Positions 52,434 to 64,000 of a stretch of 64,000 nt of DNA are shown piece by piece; the first letter of the stretch is position 1, and each line of letters starts with the position of its first letter. The DNA comes from an uncultured delta proteobacterium (lineage in GTDB: Bacteria > Myxococcota > Kuafuiibacteriia > Kuafuiibacteriales > Kuafuiibacteriaceae). Below the pieces are notes generated by a model that saw only the letters and a program-made list of their open reading frames with translations, was not told where the DNA came from and ran no database searches. Both the position numbers and the translations under genes were made by a program. The DNA is taken from NCBI GenBank assembly GCA_963803435.1, contig CAWDML010000007.1, positions 480,001-544,000 on the forward strand, in the 5' to 3' direction.

Positions 52434-55115
52434 CTATTTGGCCTTGGCCGCCTGGCTCCGCGCCGTGGACGCGCCCTTTTGACAGGCTGCGATGACCAGC
52501 GCGATGGTGACCTTCTTCGCGCCCACCTCGAACTTGCGGTTCTTGAGCTCGGGGCGCTTGTACTCGAGCGTCTTTCCGGTCTCGATGCACTTCTCGAAGG
52601 CGGCCAGCGCCTCCTGGTAGAGCTTCTTCTTGTCCTGCGGCGTGGTGGCGGCGTCGGCGTCTCCGAGCTTGTCACGGCCCAGCTCGAGCCCCTTGGCCGG
52701 TCCCTCATAGAACGCGAGCGTCGCCTCGAGATCGCCCAGCTTGACCTCGGTCGCCTTGGAGCCCTCGCCGCACCGCTTGAGCACGTCCCTCGCCCTGAGG
52801 GCCCGCCCACCCACGACGAACGAGGCGTTCGCGAGCCGGGGATGATCGGCGAGGAGCGCCGCGCCGTTCTTCTGGCAGTCGTGGAAGTGCTCCACCGCCG
52901 TGGTGTACGCCTTCTTCTCCTCCTCGGGCGTGAGGCCGCGCGTCGACTTCGCCACCTCGAGCCCCTCGGTCAGGAGCGCGACCGGGCCTTCGCGGAACGC
53001 CACCACCTGGGCAGCATCGGCCAGCGCCGCCTCCAGCTCTTGCGCCTTCTTCTTCGCCGCCGCAGCGAACTTCCGGTACGCCTAATCCTCGATCTCGAGG
53101 TCGGTCCCCTTGGATAGCTCGTCCCGCACGGTCCCGAGCGCCGCCCCCGCCTCTTTCACCTGGTCGCCGGTCGCGTCCTTGTTCCGCACGGCGGCGAGCG
53201 CCGACTTCAGCGAGGCCAGCCCGTTCTCCACCAGGAGCTTCCGCTCCCGCACCTCGATCTGCGTTCGCCGCTTCTCGACGCGCGAGGTCGCCGCCGAGAT
53301 CTTCTTCCTCGCCTCCAGCGACCAGCTCTTGTAGCGGCCGACGGTGCGCTCCAGCTCCGCGCCCTCGTCGAGCGCCCGACCGGCCGCCTCGATCGAGTCG
53401 GTGGCGGCCTTGAACTGATCCTCGCCCGGCGAGAACCCATCGAGCGGATCGATCGCCGACTTCATCGAGGCCAGCGCCGCCGACACCTTGGCCTTCTGGT
53501 TCTCGACCGCCACCTCCTCCTTCCGCTCACGAATGTGGCGGCGCGCCTGGGACGCGCTCTTGCGGGCGTCGAGCGCCATCTTTCCGTACGCCCGATCCCT
53601 CGACGCGAACGTCTCACCGGCGTCGAGCGTCGACTCCAGCTCGCCGACCAGCTTCTCCGCCTGCTCGAACTCGGCCGGCTCGACCAGACGCGCGCTCGCC
53701 TGCTTCACCTCCGCGAGCGCCGCGTTGACCTTGGCGCGCTGCTGCCCGAGCTCGACGTCGAACTTCCGCTGCTCGATCCGGTTGCGCGCGCCCTGGAGGC
53801 CTCGCCGCACGTCGAGGACGTACCTGGAGAACGTGCGGTCCTTCGGCATCAGCGGCTCGGCCGCGTCCAGCGTCTTCTCGACGGCCACCACCCCGTTCCG
53901 CGCGGCTTCGAACTCGCCCTCGACGGGAGCCTTTCCATTCAAACGAAACAGGGCCTCGCCCAGCGCGATCCGCGCCGTCTCGATCTCACCCTTCTGCTTC
54001 GCGATCGCGACCTCGAGCCGCCGGGTCACGATCCACGCCTTTGCGTCGTCGACCTTGCTCTTCACGGAGCTGGCGTAGGCCGCGTAGCGGACGTCGTTGG
54101 CGGCCAAGGCGGCGCCGTCGGCGAGCAGCTTCTCGACCCCTCCCACCGCCGCGTCGGCCTCAGTGAAGTCGGCCTCCACGATGTCCTTGTTCTTGAGGCG
54201 GGTCAGGTTCTCCTTGAGCGTCTTCCGGGACTGCTCGATGGCGACGCGCTGCCGCTCCACCGAGACCTCGTGCTCCCGCTTGTCGATGAGAGCGCGCTGT
54301 GCGTCGAGCTTCTTCCGGGCCGCCGAGATCTGCTTGGCGAACCCCAGGTCCTTGACGATCAGATCGTTCGCGCCCTCGATCGCGGCCTGCACCTTGCCGG
54401 CCGCGCCGCGCGCCGACTCGAACTCGGCCGGCATCACGTCACGGCTGCGGAGCCCCTTGAGCGAGATCTCCAGCTCGGACGAGGCCGCCGCGATCGCCTC
54501 GCGGCTCAGCTCGATCGCCACCTGCAGCCGGCGCTCCGCCACCTGCTTGCGCTGCCCCGACAGCTGCTTTCGGGTCTCGAGCGCGTACTTCGCATAGTCC
54601 CGATCCTGCGGTTCACACTTGCTCGCCTCTTCGACCGCCGAGTCGAGCGCCGACACCGCCTCCTCGGCCGCCTTCAGGTCGGCCTCCTCCGGACGCTTCC
54701 GCTTGATGCGCTCGATGGCGTCCTTGAGCGTGGCAGACGCCGCGTCGATCTTCGTGTGCGCGTCGGCCACGGCCGCGGCCAGCTCGCGCTTCCGCACCTC
54801 TTCCCGGACCACGGGGACCCGATCGAGCAGCTCGCGATGTCGGGAACGCAGCAGCTCCGCGTCCGGATAGGCGTCGATCTTCGAGTCGATCAACATCTTC
54901 TGCGCGGCGTCGAGCTGTTCGACGGCGCGGTCCGGTTGCAGCGAAGCAAGCTCGCTCTCGGCGGAGTTGATCCTGCGCTCCGCCTCGTAGGCGAGCTGCT
55001 CCGTCGTTTTGATGGGATCGGGCGGGGGCGGACCCTTCTTCACGGGTCGCGTCGGCGCGCAGCTCGACACGACCGTCGCGAGCAGGAGAAAGACCGCAGC
55101 TCTCTCGCACGGCAT
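52434..55115 (-). CDS. large helical-repeat lipoprotein interrupted by an in-frame TAG at 53082-53084
   Basis: Lipobox VSSC; seven ~85-aa helical repeats; the frame continues through the stop (EIED*AYRKFAAAAKKK) into ORF 52434-53006. Confidence 0.7.
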
Positions 55116-55279
55116 GGCGGGAGGCTACCGCGAAAGCAGAGTCTGTCCAGACTCGTACCTTGTCCGACAGCGCAGATACGAGGGGCAATCAGCCCCGCTG
55201 GAAAGACCTGTCAACCCAACTTGCACCTGAAAAAATATCGTGCACCGGAAGCTTTCCGGCGCTAGCGTCCGCCCCCGTC

Positions 55280-55822
55280 ATGCGTTCATTCAGACTGTTG
55301 GCTCTTCTCCTTCTCATCGGCGGATGCGCCGGATCGAAGAAAGCCGAGAACAAAGGTACCGGCGAAACCGCCGCCATGGAACAGATCGGACCGGTTCCGA
55401 TCGCCTCGAAGAGCGGATCGACGCTCACCGGCAATGTCACCATGAAAGAGGTGGCCAACGGCGTGGAGGTCCACGTCGCCGTCGAGAACGCACCTCCTGG
55501 CGAGCACGGGGTCCACGTCCACGAGAAGGGCGACTGCAGCGCCGACGACGGCTCCAGCGCAGGCGGTCACTTCAACCCCGAGGGCCATCAGCACGGCCTC
55601 CCCGGCGCGGGTGAGCGACACCTCGGCGATCTGGGGAACATGACGGTCGGCGAGGACGGCACCGGCGAGCTGACCTTCACCGCCGAGGGCGCGAACCTCA
55701 AGGAGGGCGACCCGAAGTCTTTCCGCGGCAAGGGCCTGATCGTCCACGAAAAGCCCGACACGGGTGGTCAGCCCACGGGCGAGGCCGGCGGGCGGATCGG
55801 CTGCGCCGTCCTGGGCGGGTGA
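55280..55822 (+). CDS. sodC: Cu/Zn superoxide dismutase (lipoprotein)
   Basis: HGVHVHEKGDCS, SAGGHFNP, HLGDLGN, IVHEKPD, GGRIGCAV. Confidence 0.93.
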   Translation: MRSFRLLALLLLIGGCAGSKKAENKGTGETAAMEQIGPVPIASKSGSTLTGNVTMKEVANGVEVHVAVENAPPGEHGVHVHEKGDCSADDGSSAGGHFNPEGHQHGLPGAGERHLGDLGNMTVGEDGTGELTFTAEGANLKEGDPKSFRGKGLIVHEKPDTGGQPTGEAGGRIGCAVLGG

Positions 55823-55862
55823 ACCTTTCGCCTCGGTCCGACCTCACATAGGCTCCGGTGGA

Positions 55863-57017
55863 ATGGGTCGTCTCGTTCCTACTCTCGTCTACGGCGACCT
55901 TCGGGGCGCCGGGCACGAGCTGCTCTCGCGCGGTGATCTCGATCTCCGCTGGGCCCTGACGCTGCACGAAGCGCTCGCGGTCAGCCGGCGGGTCAAGCTG
56001 GACCTGGTGATCGCGAGCGACCAGTTCGCCCTCGCCTACCTCGCGTCCCGGGCCGCCCTGCCGCATCGGCCGCCGTGCATCGTGCTGCTCGGCGCCGACT
56101 ACCTGGCGAAGCAGGACGAGCTTCAGGCGGCCGGCGCGACGGTGCTCGTGTCGGCCAGCGATCCCCGCCGCGTCGTCGAGGCCATCTCCGAGCTCACCGG
56201 CCTCACGTTCCGCGATCACCCGCGGGTCCCGCTCCATACGGTGGTCGACGTCCAGATCAAGAACGACAACCACTTTCTGAGCACGTTCGACGTCAGCCTC
56301 TCCGGCGTCTGCATCCGCGATCTTCCCAACGCCCGCTTCGGCGACAAGGCCACCATCACGTTCGACCTGTTCGATCCGCCGCTGACGGTCGACGCCATGG
56401 TGGTCCGCGCCTTCAACGTTCCCGAGGCGCGCTGCACCGGGCTCTGCTTCACGGATCTCTCGGACGCCGATCGATCGCGCATCGCCGAGCTCGTCCGCCA
56501 GGAGCTGGCGGGTCTGCCGATGTTCACCACCACCGACATCGGCGCCCTTCCGGGCGACCGCACCATCGATCTGCTCACCGCGTTGGGGCGGCAGAGCGAC
56601 GCCGGGCTGTCGGAGTATCTGTCGATGATCCGATCGATCGTGGACGGGACCCGCGACGACGCGCCGAGCTGGGTCTTCGAGGTCGCCGCCAAGCTCACCG
56701 ACACCGAGCGCCGCGCGATCGTCTCCGCGAGCCCGGCGTGGGCGCGGACCGCGGTCGAGCTCCGGATCGATCTCAAGCGACAGGTCGTCGATCAGGGCGC
56801 CGCCTTCGACGTCACCGCGGCGATGGACTTCTGCAAGCTGATGGCCGCCGACGTCGAGGGCTCGACGGACGACGAGGCCGTCGACGCCACCTCGATCCGA
56901 TCCGCCCTGCTCCGAGGGGTCTACCAGCTTCACCGGCACCAGAAGGAGCGCGAGGCCGTCCGTGCGAGTCGCGGGGCCACGAGCAAGAAGAAGGGCTCGC
57001 CGAAGCGACCCGCCTGA
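55863..57017 (+). CDS. PilZ-domain protein with degenerate receiver-like N-terminus
   Basis: RDHPR (RxxxR) and DVSLSG (DxSxxG). Confidence 0.75.
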   Translation: MGRLVPTLVYGDLRGAGHELLSRGDLDLRWALTLHEALAVSRRVKLDLVIASDQFALAYLASRAALPHRPPCIVLLGADYLAKQDELQAAGATVLVSASDPRRVVEAISELTGLTFRDHPRVPLHTVVDVQIKNDNHFLSTFDVSLSGVCIRDLPNARFGDKATITFDLFDPPLTVDAMVVRAFNVPEARCTGLCFTDLSDADRSRIAELVRQELAGLPMFTTTDIGALPGDRTIDLLTALGRQSDAGLSEYLSMIRSIVDGTRDDAPSWVFEVAAKLTDTERRAIVSASPAWARTAVELRIDLKRQVVDQGAAFDVTAAMDFCKLMAADVEGSTDDEAVDATSIRSALLRGVYQLHRHQKEREAVRASRGATSKKKGSPKRPA

Positions 57018-57032
57018 GGTACAGCCCACTGC

Positions 57033-58760
<1,728 letters not shown>

Positions 58761-58800
58761 CGCAACTTCCGCCGACGCCCGCCGATAACCTCGATCGCAG

Positions 58801-59019
58801 ATGGAGACCCGCCTCCACACCTCCACCGCTGGCGCCGCCGCCATCGACGACGCGTCGAGCGGTTCCGGGTTCCGGTTCGACCAGCTGACCGGCGGGCTTC
58901 CGCTCTTCAAGCTCAAGGTCGGCCTCGACCGGGAAGGCCTCATCGGCGCGCTGGCCGCCGCCTATCTGCGCGTCGAGAACGGCGTGAACGAGCGCCTCAA
59001 GTCGATCATGGGGGCGTGA
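58801..59019 (+). CDS. hypothetical protein, 72 aa
   Basis: Fills the gap in operon orientation with typical codon bias. Confidence 0.55.
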   Translation: METRLHTSTAGAAAIDDASSGSGFRFDQLTGGLPLFKLKVGLDREGLIGALAAAYLRVENGVNERLKSIMGA

Positions 59020-59026
59020 CGGCCGC

Positions 59027-59467
59027 GTGGACCTCTCCTGGCTGTCCGAGCTCTTCGAGCAGCGCGACCCGACCGGCGAGCCCCGCTACTCACACCGCGA
59101 GATCGAAGACCTGATCGCCACGATCCTCCTCACGATCGGCTTCGACCCTAGGACCACGCCCCCGGTACTGCTCGGGATCATCGAGGCGTTCGCAGAGCGC
59201 GCCGGCGTCACACCGGGCGAAGCGCGCGAGGCGTCGCAGGAGAAGATCGAAAGTTATCTCCGTCAGAGCCCGCTCCGTCCCGAGCTCACGGTCGCCTTCC
59301 AGCAGCATCTTCGCGAGAGCTTCGCCCGCAAGGACACCGGTGCACTCGAGCAAGCGTTCGCGCGCTTCGCGGCGACGGATCTCTCGAAGCGTGCGCCCGA
59401 TCGCAAACGCACGGAGGGATCGGTACCCGGTTACCTCGCGATGCTCGCGCACCGAGATATCGACTAG
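59027..59467 (+). CDS. hypothetical protein, 146 aa
   Basis: 7 bp after the preceding ORF; protein-like composition. Confidence 0.6.
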   Translation: MDLSWLSELFEQRDPTGEPRYSHREIEDLIATILLTIGFDPRTTPPVLLGIIEAFAERAGVTPGEAREASQEKIESYLRQSPLRPELTVAFQQHLRESFARKDTGALEQAFARFAATDLSKRAPDRKRTEGSVPGYLAMLAHRDID

Positions 59468-59562
59468 TCGGTGCAAGACGGGTTGACGCGCGTCCTTGTC
59501 GCGTCGAGCCCGACTGTGTTTATTCGCGCTCCATAACCTTCGGATAGGAACGGGCGAGAGGA

Positions 59563-62672
<3,110 letters not shown>

Positions 62673-62679
62673 CCAGGCT

Positions 62680-64000
62680 TCACTGAGCACCGTCGTCGAG
62701 CAGCCGCTCGAGATCCTTCACGTACGCCTCCGAGCGAGGGAGGTCGCCGCGCGCAAAGGCGCGGTCGGCCCGCTCGAGCAGCTCCAGCGCTTCCTCCGCC
62801 CGCGGCGATCCCGCGATCATCCGGGCGGCGCCGTCGAGACGCGCCGAGACGTTGCGCAGGCGTTCGAAGCGGTCGCTCTGGACCGGCGCCGACAGCAGCC
62901 CCAGGACAACGGCCAGCGCGAGGGCTCCCGCCAGCCCGAGCTCCCGCTTCCGCTTCGATCGCCGCCGCGACACCGGGCGCGCCGGAGGGTTCGGCGACGG
63001 CGGCGGCATCTCCGGCGGGGGGGGCGGCGGGGGGATCCGCGCCAGCAGCCGCGGCGCCGTTCCAGCGTCAGCGAGGACGATCATCGACTCCTTGCGAGGC
63101 GAGATCGACTCGAGATCGATCAGCGCGACCGCGCGGGTGGTGGCCTCGTCGCGCGCCCTCTCCTGCTCGAAGTGCCGCGACAGCCAGCGGCCGAGCTGCA
63201 CGCTGGACGCGAGGCACCCGACGCTCTCCGCCACGGTGGTGAGAAGGTTCTTGAGCTCGGCCGCGTTCTGCGGGCGCCGGTCGGCGTCGTGCGCCAGCAT
63301 TCGATCGATCAGATCCGTGAGCCACGGCGGCGCGTCGGGCCGAAGCTCGGCGGCGGGGCGGGGCGTCTGGCCCATCGCCTTCATCACCATCACCCGCGCG
63401 GCGCCCGGAAAGGGGCTGGCACCCGTGAGCAAGCGATAGGCGACGCCGCCGAGCCCATAGATGTCGACGGTGGGCGCGAGATCGTCGCCGCGCAGGAACT
63501 CCGGGGCGACGTAGGCGGGCGTCCCCACCACCGTCCCCGGCTGCGTGAGGCCGAGGCCCATCGACATCAGCGAGCGCGCGACGCCGAAGTCGGTGACCTT
63601 GACCTCGCCGTCGTAGCCAATCAGCACGTTGCCGGGCGTGACGTCGCGATGGAGCAAGCTGAGATGTTCCCCGTGCTCGTCGCAGGCGCTGTGCAGATAT
63701 GCGAGCGCCGAGAGCACGTCGACCATCATGCGAGTCACGAAGCGCGGAGGGACCTGGATACGCCGTTCGTTGAGGCGATCCGACAGCTCGGCGGCGCTGC
63801 GGCCGACGATCGGCTCCAGCGCGAGATACCGCCGCGCACCGACCTCACCCGCGTGCAGCGACTGCACGACGTTCGGATGCATCAACCTCACGGCGAGCTC
63901 GGCCTCGTGCTTGAAGCGCTCGAGCGGCACGATGCCGCCCAGGTCCGGGCGAAGGCGCTTTACCACCACCACCGGGAAGCTTTCCAGCGGGGAGCGGGCG
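62680..64000 (-). CDS. membrane Ser/Thr protein kinase, 5'-truncated by window edge
   Basis: VVVKRL, HRDVTPGN, TDFG, GTPAYVAPE, TM helix. Confidence 0.88.
   Translation of the reverse strand, partial: ARSPLESFPVVVVKRLRPDLGGIVPLERFKHEAELAVRLMHPNVVQSLHAGEVGARRYLALEPIVGRSAAELSDRLNERRIQVPPRFVTRMMVDVLSALAYLHSACDEHGEHLSLLHRDVTPGNVLIGYDGEVKVTDFGVARSLMSMGLGLTQPGTVVGTPAYVAPEFLRGDDLAPTVDIYGLGGVAYRLLTGASPFPGAARVMVMKAMGQTPRPAAELRPDAPPWLTDLIDRMLAHDADRRPQNAAELKNLLTTVAESVGCLASSVQLGRWLSRHFEQERARDEATTRAVALIDLESISPRKESMIVLADAGTAPRLLARIPPPPPPPEMPPPSPNPPARPVSRRRSKRKRELGLAGALALAVVLGLLSAPVQSDRFERLRNVSARLDGAARMIAGSPRAEEALELLERADRAFARGDLPRSEAYVKDLERLLDDGAQ

Noticed and set aside
53082-53084. Pyrrolysine or genome-wide amber recoding
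   Set aside because: No pyl genes here, and TAG clearly ends several intact genes in the window (arsM, LPMO-like, GMC oxidase).
55221-55259. TGCAC...GTGCA and CCGGAA-GCT-TTCCGG palindromes upstream of sodC
   Set aside because: Spacing does not fit the NtrC consensus and I cannot assign a regulator; too short to support.

Overview
High-GC, gene-dense bacterial DNA with Myxococcota-like hallmarks (a MYXO-CTERM sorting tail, several Ser/Thr kinases, PEGA/choice-of-anchor/TPR proteins); the taxon is inferred. Most of the ~55 genes are accessory signalling, transport, envelope and lipid-metabolism genes. No rRNA, tRNA or CRISPR array was seen. The standout is a pair of related mobile elements in opposite orientation (17454-19237 and 34682-35147). 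Both are bounded by CTAG plus ~20-bp terminal inverted repeats with inward (CCCGGT)x6 hexamer arrays, and both sit on the TAG stop codon of a gene in a convergent gene pair. Each carries remnants of an IS1182-family transposase and of a four-helix-bundle (TIGR02436/23S-IVP/Avd-like) gene; the halves kept by the two copies are complementary and rebuild one ~131-aa protein. Nested in the larger copy is a second inverted-repeat-bounded unit pairing an IS5 transposase with a different four-helix-bundle gene fragment. Six otherwise intact genes carry +1/+2 frameshifts and one has an in-frame amber codon, probably sequencing errors. All assignments are by eye from motifs; no database searches were run.
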